Positions 42,703 through 53,802 of a stretch of 64,000 nt of DNA are shown here, piece after piece. The position numbers and the translations under genes are program-made. The stretch is from an uncultured Gemmatimonadaceae bacterium. GTDB lineage: Bacteria > Gemmatimonadota > Gemmatimonadetes > Gemmatimonadales > Gemmatimonadaceae. Numbering within the stretch: the stretch's first letter is position 1; each line of letters starts with the position of its first letter. The notes below the pieces were generated by a model. That model worked only from the letters and a program-made list of their open reading frames with translations, was not told the origin of the DNA and ran no database searches. The stretch is taken from assembly GCA_963829055.1 (NCBI GenBank), contig CAWHHI010000004.1:832001-896000 (forward strand), written 5' to 3'.

Positions 42703-44975
42703 TGCGTGCCGTGCCGTTCACACTGCGTGTGACGTTAGGCGCGGTCCTTGGCGCTTCGGCCGCGCATCTCACCGCACCCGTCGTGAGTGCGCAGTCGACG
42801 CGCCGGGATACCGCGCGCACGGTGATCATCGACTCCGTGACCAAGACGTATGGAGATCCGCAGGCCGGTGTCCCGCGCGCCACGATGAGTGGCGCACCGG
42901 ATCTGGCGCGAACGATCGACGCGGAAGTCCGGGTCGCGATGTTCGAGCTTGCGTCGGGCGAGGAGTTGCCCGCGCTCGCCCGTCTGGAACGCCTCTCGGC
43001 GCTCGTCCGCCAGGACTCGTCGGGTGCCGCGGGTCCGGAGCGCGCGGCGCTCCACTTCCTGCTGGCGCAGAGCTACTACCGACTCGGGATGATGGCGCCG
43101 TTCCGACGCGAGGCCGAAGCGTCGCTCGCGGCTGCACCCGCGCGTTACGCAACGCTGCTTCGCCCGCAACTCGTCATCGAGGCGTATCGCACCGGCGACT
43201 ACGCCCGGGCGGCAACGCTCGCGCGCGACCTTCCTGCGGCAGAACAGAGTGGGCTGGGCGCGCTCGTCGCGGGACTGGCGGCGTATCAGTCGGGCGATGT
43301 GAACGGCGCGCGAGCTTCGTTCCAGCGCGCTGCCAGTAGCGGTGGTCAGTTCGCCACCTATGCGAAGTACATGGACGCCATCGCGCAGTTGCGCGCCGAT
43401 ACAGCGCACGCTGGCAACGGCGTCGCGTCGCTCGAGTCGGTCGCCAACAGCGCAACCGGACCATTCGCCGACCAGGTGCGGCTCACCGCCGCCCAGGTCG
43501 CGTACGAAGGCGAGCACTACGCGGATGCCGTACGCCTGGCCTCAGCCGTGGGTGACAGTAGTCAGGTCGCTGCGCCGGCACTGCTGACGCGCGCCTGGGC
43601 GCTCTACAAGCTCGAACGCGTGGAGGACGCACAGCGCGCCTTCAGCGAATTCGCTACGCGGTACGCGAGCCGGCCGGAGCGCGACGAAGCACAGCTCATG
43701 GCGGCGCAGGCACAGCTGGAGCTGGGCCGGTCCAGTGAGGCCGAGGCGACATTTCAGCGCGTCGCGGATTCATCGGCGGTGGACGTGACCGCGTTACAGG
43801 CGCAGACCAACGCCGCCATCGCCGACCTCTCGCGCGCGCTCGTCACGGATCGCGCGGCTGACCTGCTCGTCGTTGGTGATCCGAGCAACGCCAAGGCGCT
43901 CGTGTTGCGGGATTCGTCGGATGCGCTGGCGGTACTTGCGGCCGTTACTGGATCCGGCAATCCGACCTCTGTCGTCACGAGTCAGCCGACCGTCGTGGCC
44001 GCGTCCGCGGCCGCGCGACTCGACTCGATTGCCGGTCGTGCGACGCCAGCCGTTAGGCGCGTATTGTTCGCGCCGGTCTCGGCGACGCGGCAGCCGGGCG
44101 AGCTCGCCGTGCGGTCGCAGAATCTCGCGAGCGCGGATGCGGCGGTTGCCGTCGCCCGTCAGCAGCTCGCCGCCCAGTTGGAAGCGCAGCAGCGCGAGCT
44201 CGCGCTGCTGTCGCAGCTCTCAGGATCCCTCGCCGCCGACAGCATGGTCATCGGAGGGCTGGCTGCCCAGCATCAGGTTGTCGTGGACTCGATGGCCCGA
44301 CTCGATCAGGTGCTGTCAGCCGCCGAAGCGCGTCTCCGTCAACTGTTCGGCCGCGAAGTGGAGGCGACGCGAATACAGGCGGCGGAGAACGCTCGTACTG
44401 CGGACAGCCTGCGGACGGCGCTCGCCGCCGGCGCGGACCCCGAGGGTAAGGCGGCGATCGAGGCCGAAGTCGCGACCGCGGCGGCGTACGCGCGCATTGC
44501 CGACATGGCAGCGAGTGGACTGGACAAGGCCATTGCGCATCACCCCGCGTTCGTCCTGCGGGATTCGTTGCGCGCCCACGATGCGCACGCGAAGGTGCTG
44601 CTCGTGGAGTTGCAGGGTTCCTACACCGGCTCGCGTCGGGAGATCGATGCCGCAGTCGCTGCATTGCGCAGCGGTGACGGTCCGGCGGCTCGGGCGGCGC
44701 GTCAGGCTTTGACCGACGCCGAGGCTCGACGCACGACGGTCGAAAACGAGGCGATCGCGGCAGTGACGGCGGAGCTTTCCGCACGCGCCACCGAGATGAT
44801 CACAGGGCTTCAGCGCAACGGCGAGGCGGCGCAGTTCGGCGTCGCGAGCGCCGCCTTCTTCCGCGCCATTGACGGGACACGCGCCGTGGGTGGCGCCGGG
44901 TCGGGTGGTCGAGCGGGCACACCTGCCGATGCGTCGCCAGCGTCGCGCAACAGGGCTCCCGAGCGGAGGCGTTAG
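42702..44975 (+). CDS. Secreted TPR + coiled-coil protein (GltC-like position)
   Basis: Signal peptide; TPR-like repeats (FLLAQSYYRLG, ALLTRAWALYKLE, AQLMAAQAQLELG); long helical C-terminus. Confidence 0.75.
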   Translation: MRAVPFTLRVTLGAVLGASAAHLTAPVVSAQSTRRDTARTVIIDSVTKTYGDPQAGVPRATMSGAPDLARTIDAEVRVAMFELASGEELPALARLERLSALVRQDSSGAAGPERAALHFLLAQSYYRLGMMAPFRREAEASLAAAPARYATLLRPQLVIEAYRTGDYARAATLARDLPAAEQSGLGALVAGLAAYQSGDVNGARASFQRAASSGGQFATYAKYMDAIAQLRADTAHAGNGVASLESVANSATGPFADQVRLTAAQVAYEGEHYADAVRLASAVGDSSQVAAPALLTRAWALYKLERVEDAQRAFSEFATRYASRPERDEAQLMAAQAQLELGRSSEAEATFQRVADSSAVDVTALQAQTNAAIADLSRALVTDRAADLLVVGDPSNAKALVLRDSSDALAVLAAVTGSGNPTSVVTSQPTVVAASAAARLDSIAGRATPAVRRVLFAPVSATRQPGELAVRSQNLASADAAVAVARQQLAAQLEAQQRELALLSQLSGSLAADSMVIGGLAAQHQVVVDSMARLDQVLSAAEARLRQLFGREVEATRIQAAENARTADSLRTALAAGADPEGKAAIEAEVATAAAYARIADMAASGLDKAIAHHPAFVLRDSLRAHDAHAKVLLVELQGSYTGSRREIDAAVAALRSGDGPAARAARQALTDAEARRTTVENEAIAAVTAELSARATEMITGLQRNGEAAQFGVASAAFFRAIDGTRAVGGAGSGGRAGTPADASPASRNRAPERRR

Positions 44976-47900
44976 GTGACCATGATGCGATCGACCATGC
45001 GATCGGCGCGTCGCGTCGCTGCCGTCGCCTTCGGAGTCACCGCCATTGCGGCGGCTGCCAGTGCGCAGCAGCAGGACACCGCACGCACGCGTCGCCCGGC
45101 AACGACGAATGTGGCGTCCAGTGGCGAGGTCGCGCGGTCCGCGTACAACGTCCCGGTGGGCGACACGGCGATCTCGCGACTCGAGCGCTTCGTAACGCAG
45201 TATCCGCAGAGCACGCTCCGCCCGCGTGCGCTCCTACAGCTCGGCGAGCTGCTCGTTCGTCGAGCGGACGAGCGCTTTGCCGCCAGTCAGCGGTCGGGCA
45301 CGTCCGCGGACACGACGTCGCGACCCGACTACAGCGCCGCGATCGCTCGCTACGACGAGCTGCTCACGGCGTATCCGAACTTCGACCGCCGCGATGCTGT
45401 CGCGTACACGCTGGGTACATTGTACGCGCAGCAGCAGCGTTATGCAGACGCCGTCCGCGCATTCGAATCGGTTGCGAACGACAGTTCGTCATTCCGGAGC
45501 GAAGCGTTGTTCCGGCTTGGCGATGCTTACTTCGAACTGGCTGCCGCCGAGCGGGGCGAGCCACGTCGCGCCGGATTCGCGCGTGCCGCGGCGGCGTATG
45601 AGCGAGCCACGGCGACCGCCCCGCGCGATGGTGACATTCTACTTCCTCTCGCTCTACAAGCTCGGCTGGTCGTATTACAACCAGGCGACGCAGACGTCAC
45701 AGGCCGAGTACACGAAGGCGGTCGAAGTGTTCGGCCGGCTCATCGACGCGTACGACAAGCTGAACCCCGAGCAGCAAGCGCGACTCGGGCTCCGCGGCGA
45801 GGCCGTCGAGTACATGGCGGTGGCGTTCACGCAGGTCGGCGGGGCGGAGGCGGCGAATCGCTACTTCACGGCGCACTCGACGACGGCGTATCGACTGCCA
45901 GTCATGCGGCGCGTCGCGTACAGCCTGCAAGAGCAGGGCGATTTCACGCGCGCCGTCGACGCGTATCAGGCGCTGATCAAACAGGCGCCCAATGACACGA
46001 CAGCGGTCATCGCGCAGCGAGAAATCATCGATATCTATCAGAACCGCATGTTGGAGCCGGAGCGCGCCCAGCAGGCGCGCCTCGATCTCGTGACGCGATT
46101 CGGTCCCGACTCGCCGTGGATGAAGGCGAACGCGGCGAATACCGCGGTCGTCGATAGCGCCGCGGCGATTCGTGAGGTCGTGCTCCGGCAGGCAGCACAG
46201 TATGCGCTCGCGCAAGCGCAGCAGGGCAATGACCGCCAGAAGTACACGGCCGCCGCTGCACTGTATGAACGCTACCTGCGCGAGTTCGCGAACTCCGACA
46301 GCGCTCAGGCGGCGAACGCGCTCCTCGCGGAAGCCCTGTTCAACACTGGCGACTACGTGCGTGCCGGTACCGAGTACTCGCGTGCGGCATACGCGTACCC
46401 GAAGGACTCGACCGGCGCGTTCGCCGAGCAGGCGGGCAGAAACGCGATCGTCGCATTCGACTCCGCGCTCGCGAAGAATCCACGCGACGTCACGGCGCAG
46501 GACTCTCTGTTCGCGACGGTTGATCGGTTCGTCGCGCGGTTCCCGAACAGTCCGGTCGCGCGGACGGCACTCATGCAGAAAGGCCGTCGCGCCTCAGAGG
46601 CGCAGCGATGGGACGTCATGGCGGCGACATTCCGGACGTACGCGGAACGCTACCCAACCGACTCCCTGACGCCTAACGCGCAGAAGCTCGTCGGCGATGC
46701 GCTGTATCGCTCGGGCAAGTACGCCGAGGCGCAGGCCCAGTGGGTGCTCGCCCAGAATGCGGCGCGCCAGCGTGGGCGCTCGGCGCTCGTCGACTCCATC
46801 GGGTCCGTCCGGAGTGCGGCGGCGATGTCGTTCGCCGACACGCTGATTCGCGGCGGTAACTACGACCGCGCCGCGGAAGACGTCTATGTCGCGTTCGCCG
46901 ACAGCAACGCCGGATCCGAGAAAGCCGCTGACGCCCTGCGCAACGCGATCGAGACGTACATGCTCGCCGACAGTACTGCGCGTCAGCGTGGCGACTCGGC
47001 AGCATCCGTGAAAGCGCGAGACCGCGCGATCGCGCTCTCCGAGCGGCTCGTGAAGGAGTATCCGCGCTACCAGTACCGTGCGCAGTACCAGAGTCTCCGC
47101 GCGCGACTGCTTGCACAGGCGGGCAAGCGGGACGAAGCGGCTGCCGCACTGCAGGCGGTGATCGCGGAGAATCCTTCCTGGTCGGGCCGCCCGGATGCGA
47201 TGGTCCAGCTCGCGCTGTCTCTGGACTCGCTCGGGCGAAAACGTGAGGCGGCCGCAGCGTACGAGGCGTTCGCGACGGCGTACCCCAAAGATCGCCGTGC
47301 CGCGGACGCGCAGTACAACGCGGCCGTGACCTTCCTGGAGGTGCCCGACACGGCGGCTGCCGCTCGCGCCTACGGGTCGTTCGCCTCGCGGTTCCCGTCG
47401 GACACCCGTGCGGCGCAAGCGCGCAGCACCCGCCTGGCCATGTTGAGAGCAAGTGGCGACTCCGCGAGTGCTGACCGCGAGCTGGCCTCGTTATGCAGCG
47501 CCGCTCCAAACGCGAATACCCCAGCCGATCTGCGCGCGAGTTGTGCTGCACGCGCGGGCGAGCAGGAGTTCCGTGCTGGCGCGGCAATGTTTCCGCAGTA
47601 CCAGGCCGTGCGGCTCGTGATTCCGTCGAAGGCACAGCTCACGGCGGCGGGCGTGAAGCGCGCGTCGACCACGAAGCAGAAGTTGCTCGGTCAGATGACC
47701 GACCATTTCACGAAGGCGATCAAGAGCGGCGCGCCGGTTCCACTCGCGGCGTCGACGTTCTACCTCGGCCTCGCGCAGTGGGAGTACGGCAACTTCGTGA
47801 AGAACGTCCGGCTTCCGGGTGGCCTGACGGCTGCCGAGCGCGAGTCGGCAACGGCGGGATCGGAGCGTCAGGCAACGCAGTACTACGATGCCGCCCGCAA

Positions 47901-48027
47901 CACGTGGCAAGCGCTGCTCGAGACGGCCGAGCGCCAGAAGATCGACAACGTGTGGGTGACACGCGCACGCGATGCGCTCGCTGGCAACGTCCCCGCGACG
48001 CCACCGCCGCCGGGAGGCGTGCAATGA
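44976..48027 (+). CDS. Large secreted TPR protein (GltD/AgmU-like); frameshift near 45637
   Basis: ALLQLGEL, YTLGTLY, ALFRLGDAYF, then DIYFLSLYKLGWSYYN after removing one T; many TPRs; about 1000 aa. Confidence 0.8.
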
Positions 48028-48464
48028 CGAACAGACCACAGCATGGCGTCGGACGCGTCATTCTAACGAGCGCGATGACGGGGCTCGCCGTCACGACGCT
48101 GGCGCTGGCATCGCTCGTCACGGTGAGCTCGGCGGAGGCGCAAAAACCGACGCCGCCACGTCCGGCGCCGCGTACGCAGACGCCACGGCGTCAGGAGACG
48201 ATCGAGATTCGCGGGCAGGTACCCACGCCGCAGGTCGTGACCGTACGTCCGCGAGAGACGCCGGCGTACAGCCGTCGAGTGCTGGTGCCGGCATTCTTCG
48301 ATCGCGACTTCTGGCCGTCGATTCTGCCCGCGCTCCAGATCCTGTCGGTGCCGGCGACGTTACGCACGGATTCGGCAACACGCGCGACGCCTGACTCCGC
48401 TTCGCGTGCTCAGCCCGCTGCGCGCCCGCCGTCGGGCACGCCTCCTGCTTCCCTGCGTCCATGA
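48024..48464 (+). CDS. Small secreted protein, GltF-like
   Basis: ATGA overlap; signal peptide AEA-Q; core ETIEIRGQVPTPQVVTVRPR...RDFWPSIL. Confidence 0.6.
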   Translation: MTNRPQHGVGRVILTSAMTGLAVTTLALASLVTVSSAEAQKPTPPRPAPRTQTPRRQETIEIRGQVPTPQVVTVRPRETPAYSRRVLVPAFFDRDFWPSILPALQILSVPATLRTDSATRATPDSASRAQPAARPPSGTPPASLRP

Positions 48465-48566
48465 AGTCGCTCGCGTCGCTGATCAAGCGATGCCTCGTCG
48501 CTCGCGCTTGACTGGCGATCCGTTGTTATGCGCTCCTGAACCCACGCTCCTCGGAGATTGCTGAAG

Positions 48567-49208
48567 ATGAACACCGTGCTCGAGTGGTACCGCAACGGCG
48601 GTCCCGTCATGAACGCGATCCTGCTCGTCGCGGTCGTTGGCCTCGCCGTGTTCATTGAGCGCTTCTACACCATCGTCATTCGCTCGAAGATCAATGGCCG
48701 AGCGTTCATCGAAAAAATCATTCAGCTGGTGCGCGCCGGAAAAGCGGAGGATGCGATCAAGCTCTGCGCGCAGTCCAATGCCGCCCTGCCCGATATGGGC
48801 CTGCTCATCCTGCGCAGCCGCAGCCGCGACGAGTCGGACCTGCAGAACGTCGCTGATGCGGCGGCGCTCGCCGTGATCCCGCGACTCACGCGCCGGCTCC
48901 AATACCTGCCCATGCTCGCCAACGTCGCCACGCTCCTCGGGCTACTCGGCACGATCTTCGGTTTGCGCGAGGCCTTCCAGTCCGTCGCGCTCGCGGCCGC
49001 GGCCGAACGATCGGAGCGCCTGGCATCAGGCATCGCGATCGCGCTCAACGCAACGGGCTTCGGGCTCCTCACGGCGGTGCCGCTGTCTGTCGCGCACGCC
49101 TACCTCGTCAGCCAGGCCGAGACGATCATCGAGCAGATCGATGAGTTCTCGGTGCGGGTGATCAACGCACTCATTGACCGGCCCGACGTGCGGCTCGGTC
49201 ATCGTTAG
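48567..49208 (+). CDS. MotA/TolQ/ExbB proton channel protein (AglR-like)
   Basis: GGPVM...IERF; ANVATLLGLLGTIFGL; LASGIAIALNATGFGLLTAVP. Confidence 0.92.
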   Translation: MNTVLEWYRNGGPVMNAILLVAVVGLAVFIERFYTIVIRSKINGRAFIEKIIQLVRAGKAEDAIKLCAQSNAALPDMGLLILRSRSRDESDLQNVADAAALAVIPRLTRRLQYLPMLANVATLLGLLGTIFGLREAFQSVALAAAAERSERLASGIAIALNATGFGLLTAVPLSVAHAYLVSQAETIIEQIDEFSVRVINALIDRPDVRLGHR

Positions 49209-49217
49209 GAGAACCGG

Positions 49218-49775
49218 GTGGCAACAGTCTACCTGCGGTCGAAGCAGCGCCGCATGGAGCGCCAGTCGTTGACCGACGCAGGGAACCTCAACCTCGTTCC
49301 CCTCGTCGACATTCTGACGTCGGTCGTGTTCTTCTCACTGCTCACGTACCAGGGTGCATCGCTCGCGGCGCTCACGTCGTACGATCTTTCGCTTCCGCCG
49401 GTGGTCATCACGGCGGAGCAGGCGTCCGCTTCGGCGCAGAATCGCAATGCGCTGAACCTGCTGCTCGCGGTGCGGGTGGAGCACAACAAGCTGCTGGTCG
49501 AGCACACGGGCGAGGGTGGGTTCCGCAAGGAGATCAGGGGTCTCCAGGGCGTGGCGCTCGACACGTTGCAGTCCGTCATGTCGGACATCCGCCGCCGCTA
49601 TCCGCAGAATGCGGACGTGCTGGTCGTGCCGGCGGACGACGTCCCGTACGATGACCTGATCCACGTGCTCGAACGCCTCCGGATCGCCTCGTACTCTGGC
49701 ATCTCGCTCGGCAATCGAACGCGGGCGACCCAGGTGTCCACGGGCGACGTGAAGCCCATGGGTACGCCGCGATGA
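49218..49775 (+). CDS. ExbD/TolR family protein (AglQ/AglS-like)
   Basis: TM with the essential Asp (LNLVPLVDILTSVVFF); periplasmic VVPADDVPYDDLIHVL. Confidence 0.85.
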   Translation: MATVYLRSKQRRMERQSLTDAGNLNLVPLVDILTSVVFFSLLTYQGASLAALTSYDLSLPPVVITAEQASASAQNRNALNLLLAVRVEHNKLLVEHTGEGGFRKEIRGLQGVALDTLQSVMSDIRRRYPQNADVLVVPADDVPYDDLIHVLERLRIASYSGISLGNRTRATQVSTGDVKPMGTPR

Positions 49776-50371
49776 CGTCGCAGATCACGCCTCCCGGATC
49801 GGAACAGCCGGTCAGGGCAATGGGCGGCGTTCACAATCGCGCGCGCGCCGCTCGGCTCGCACGCCGGGCGGCGCAGTTCAACAAATTCCGCCTGATTCAG
49901 CTGAATCTCGTGCCGCTCGTCGACACGTTCGTGTCGGTCGTGTTCTTCACGCTCGTCACGGCGACCGTCGGCGAGCTCGCGCCCGTCGTGAGCGGAGTCA
50001 ACCTGCCGGACTCTCGCGTCGGGGCCACCGCGCTGTCGCAGCTCACGTTAGGCATCGGGCCTCAGGTCACGCTCGGTGGACGGCCCGTCATGGCGACCCG
50101 ATCGATGCCGCGCAGGCGAAGTCCACCGATCCCGCGCAGCCGTTGCTGATCCCGCCGCTGTACGCGGCGCTGCGAGCCAAGGCCGACTCCATTCCGCACG
50201 CTGCGGTCGACGCCGCAGAATCAGTCCATCGACACGCCGCTCGCCATTCAGGCGGACCGTACCATGCGGTACGATCTGCTCTCTCGCGTTATGCAGACCG
50301 CGCGGCTCGCGGGCTTCCGCAATCTGACGCTGCAGGTGAACCACGTCGCTGACGTGGTGAGGCCGAGCTGA
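49772..50371 (+). CDS. Second ExbD/TolR family protein (AglQ/AglS-like); two frameshifts (~50098 and ~50193)
   Basis: LNLVPLVDTFVSVVFF; LLIPPLYAAL; IQADRTMRYDLLSRVMQTARLAGF, read across three frames. Confidence 0.8.
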
Positions 50372-50372
50372 G

Positions 50373-51388
50373 ATGAGCGGGCCATCCGACCCGGACGACG
50401 CCGCCGGTGCGATCGCCTTCCGTCTCGGACACGCGCCGCGACGCGGTGCTCACGCGTTCGCTCCGCTACGAGATCGCCGGCGACGAAGGTCGGGCGCTGC
50501 TGGGGTCCTACACGTTCGCGTTCGCGCTCGGGATCGCGTGGCTCCTCATCGTGTATTTCGGACCCAAGACGCTGCCGATGCAACTACTCGCGCGCGACGA
50601 GCAGCCCATTGCCGTGACGTTCGACGCGCTCGAGCCGTTGCCCGGGGGCGGTGCCCCCGGTGAAGAAGGCGAAGCGATTCGAACACCCGCGCCGAGCCGG
50701 AACGCCGGGGCTGGATCGCGACCGACGACCGCGAGGGCCGGCGCCATCGCCGCTGCATTCGGTAGCGCGAACGGCACGGGAACGGGTGGGATGGTTGGCG
50801 ATGTGTCGAACGTTCTCAGAAACGTCGATGTCTCCTCTGGCGCCGGCGGCACGGGTGCCGGCGACGCTGCCACGGGCGGCGGTGCCACCGGCGGCAAGGT
50901 TGTCCTCGGAAGCGGCGAGGGTGGCCAGGGCTCGCGGACTCCCGGACGAGGCAACATCGGTGGCACGACGGGCATCGGAGGCGCTGCGGGCGGCATCGGT
51001 GGCGTTGGGCCCGGCGGCGGGACGGTCTCACGCGCTCCCGTACGGATCTCGCCGCCGCGCCCGATCGACGCGCCTGCCGTGAGAGGCGTGCAACGCGACG
51101 TCGGAGAGCTCGGCACGTTCGTCCGCGGCCGCGAGTCGCAGCTTGCGCTTCTGCTACAACGAGTACGGGCTGAAGGTGAATCCGTCGCTCGCCGGTTCGG
51201 TGTCGGCGTCGATCGCCCTGACGCCCGCGGGCGACGTGAGCGGCGTCGACATCACGAATCGGACGTGGTCGGGCGCGGGCGCGAGCGAGACGGAACGTTG
51301 CATTGCCGAGAAGATCCGCGGCTGGCGCTTCCCGGCATCCGAGGCGGGCGGCGGCACCTACGGGTTCTCGTTCAGCTTCACGCGTTAG
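50373..51388 (+). CDS. TonB-like membrane protein with AgmX/PglI C-terminal domain (GltG-like); frameshifts (~50388 and ~51143)
   Basis: Single TM, Gly-rich linker, C-terminal QLRFCYNEYGLKVNPSLAGSV...ERCIAEKIRGWRFP with paired Cys. Confidence 0.82.
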
Positions 51389-51471
51389 GCGCCGATCCGA
51401 ACGCCGGTAGGGCGACGGCCGCGCGCCGTGTATCTTTGCAGCGATAGCCCAGAGCTGTCGCCCTCAGGCTG

Positions 51472-52326
51472 GTGCCTCGAACTCCGATCGCCGTGCTCCA
51501 TCTCCTGATCGCGCTGCAGGCCCTGCAAGTCCCGCCGCCGCCGCGCGGCTACGGGACCAGCACCGCCGAGGTCGTGGTCGACGCGGCGAACGTGCTGTTG
51601 CCGGAGACGGTCGATCGCATCAACCGGATCGCCTTCGATGTGCACGCGAAGTCCGGTGGCGAGATGGCGGTGGTCACGCTCCCGGATATCGGCCTTCGTG
51701 CACCCGTTGATGTCGCGCTCGCGATCGGACGCGCGTGGGGCGTCGGCGCGAACGCGGCGATCGGCCAGAAGACGCGCAACGCCGGCGTCATCATCCTCGT
51801 GGTGCCGAAGGAGTCGAGCTCCAGCGGCCGGGGTGAGTGCTTCGTCACGACGGGGCAGGGCACTGAAGGCTTCATCACCGACGCCGAAGCGGCGTCAATG
51901 TGCCGCGAGGCGGTGCCGCTGTTTCAGCAGCGGCAGTACGGACCGGCGCTGGCGCTGCTCGCGGGACGAGTGGGCGAGCAGTTCGCTCAGGAATTCGGCT
52001 TCACGCTCGACTCATCGTCCGTGCCCGCGCAAGTGTTGCAGCCTGACGTGCAACCTCGGGGGCGGCGGAGTGGCGGCATCTCGCCGTTCGTGATCTTCGT
52101 GCTCTTCATCGTCGCCTACACGATTCTCAACTCGATGAGTCGGCGACGTCGCGGGTGTGGGGGCGGCGGCTGCATTCCGATTCCGATCGTATTCCCGACT
52201 GGCGGCGGCTACTCGCGCGGCGGCTGGGGCGGCGGTGGTTTCGGGGGCGGAGGCGGTGGTGGCGGATTTGGTGGGTTCGGCGGCGGAGGCGGCTTCAGTG
52301 GTGGCGGAGGCGGCTCGAGCTGGTGA
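51472..52326 (+). CDS. TPM-domain (YgcG-like) membrane protein
   Basis: VVDAANVL, EMAVVT, AWGVG, TGQGTEGFITD; Gly-rich tail FGGFGGGGGFSGGGGGSSW. Confidence 0.9.
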   Translation: MPRTPIAVLHLLIALQALQVPPPPRGYGTSTAEVVVDAANVLLPETVDRINRIAFDVHAKSGGEMAVVTLPDIGLRAPVDVALAIGRAWGVGANAAIGQKTRNAGVIILVVPKESSSSGRGECFVTTGQGTEGFITDAEAASMCREAVPLFQQRQYGPALALLAGRVGEQFAQEFGFTLDSSSVPAQVLQPDVQPRGRRSGGISPFVIFVLFIVAYTILNSMSRRRRGCGGGGCIPIPIVFPTGGGYSRGGWGGGGFGGGGGGGGFGGFGGGGGFSGGGGGSSW

Positions 52327-52359
52327 CGAGCCAACGGGATTTCACTCCGACGTGTGATA

Positions 52360-52386
52360 CCCGATTCCCGATTCCCGATTCCCGAT
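52360..52386 (+). repeat. Tandem heptamer (CCCGATT) x4 running into the next start codon
   Basis: CCCGATT CCCGATT CCCGATT CCCGATG seen directly. Confidence 0.75.
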
Positions 52387-53096
52387 GAAACTCGACGAGC
52401 TCGTCGATCAACTGAAAAAGGTGTACGGCGCGCAGCTGCGGGCGGTGGTGCTGTACGGCTCCGCCGCGGCGGGTGAGCACATCGCCAAGCGATCCGACTA
52501 TAACGTGCTCGTCATCGTCGACGAGCTCACGATGGATCACATGCGAGCCGGAGCCGCCGTGGCGCGCGCGTGGGCTGAGGACGGGAATCCCCCGCCACTG
52601 ACGCTCACCGCCGCCGAGTGGCGCGGCAGCTCCGACATCTTCCCGATGGAATACGCCGACATTCTGGAGCGCCATCGCGTGCTGTTCGGCGCGCCGCCGT
52701 TCGACGGAATCGCGGTCGACCGGCGCCACCTCCGACTGCAACTCGAGCACGAGGCGATGGGGAAGCTGCTCAAGCTGCGTCAGGGCGTGCTCGCCGGTGG
52801 CGGGGACGCCAAGGCGAACATCGAATTGCTCGCACAGAGTCTGAGCACGATCATGGTCATCTTCAGGGCGGTCGAACGCCTGCACGAGGCGGTGCCGCCC
52901 ACGGATTACGATCGCCTGAGTCGCGATGTCGCGAAGCGGGTCGGATTCGAGCCGGAGCCGTTCACCCGTGTGGTCCGACATGTGCGCGGGGAAGCGAAAA
53001 TTGGTCCCGGCTGATGTCTCGACGGTGCTGGCGGGGTATATCGACGGAATGCACAAACTCGTTGCCTACCTCGACCGCTACCAGCCAGGATCTTGA
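52385..53096 (+). CDS. Nucleotidyltransferase-fold protein; frameshift near 53006
   Basis: VLYGSAAAG...SDYNVLVIVD; DIFPMEYADI; LRLQLEHE; removing one C gives ...GYIDGMHKLVAYLDRYQPGS-stop. Confidence 0.8.
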
Positions 53097-53209
53097 TGCA
53101 GTGTTTTGATGCGGCTCAGGCGAGCACGAAGGGTGAGACGGGCTGTTCCGCCTTGGATGGAGGACGCGTTATGCGTGCTGATCGCGGTGGGAATCGCAGT
53201 GAGCGTGGT

Positions 53210-53770
53210 ATGCGGGCGATAACTCGCGTGGGCGGGCCGATCGTGGGTGTGGTGTGCCTGACGATGCTGGCCCTTGGATGTCCTGGCGAGCGACGTGACA
53301 AGCGCGCGGCCGATAGTGCGCGCGCGGCGGCGATCCCGGTCGACACGACGCCCATGGACCTGAGCAAGGTGGAAACCTCCCTCCCACCGTCGCTGCCCGA
53401 TACTTTCAAGGGGCCGGCGAAACCGGTGGCCCGGCGGTCTGCCAGCGAAGTTGTTCGCGAGCCACCCATTCCGCCGGCGCCGCCGGCGCTCATGGACGCC
53501 GTACAGCGCGAGGGAAGCTCTTCGCGCTTCTGCTATCAGGAGTTCGGCCAGAAGGTCGATCCAACGCTCAAGGGCGGCGTCGCCTTCGTGGTCTCGGTCG
53601 GCTCCGGAGGCATCACGAACGCCAGGATTGCGAGCGACAGTTGGTCGTCGAAGGCCGGGGCGGCGGTGAACCGCTGCCTGGATGACCGAGCCAGCTCGGC
53701 GTGGAAACTCGCCGCTGGTGCGGTCCCGGCGGGGAAGTACGTAGTGAGAATGACCTTCACCGGAAAATGA
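53210..53770 (+). CDS. Putative lipoprotein with AgmX/PglI-like C-terminal domain
   Basis: Lipobox-like LALGC, Pro-rich linker, RFCYQEFGQKVDPTLKGGV...VNRCL...W, similar to the C-terminus at 51143-51388. Confidence 0.7.
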   Translation: MRAITRVGGPIVGVVCLTMLALGCPGERRDKRAADSARAAAIPVDTTPMDLSKVETSLPPSLPDTFKGPAKPVARRSASEVVREPPIPPAPPALMDAVQREGSSSRFCYQEFGQKVDPTLKGGVAFVVSVGSGGITNARIASDSWSSKAGAAVNRCLDDRASSAWKLAAGAVPAGKYVVRMTFTGK

Positions 53771-53802
53771 CCGTGCACGATCCCACATCGAGGACTTCCG
53801 CA

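Noticed and set aside
49772..51388. Programmed frameshifting in the motor genes
   Set aside because: No slippery sequences at the breaks, and the same kind of indel occurs throughout unrelated genes.
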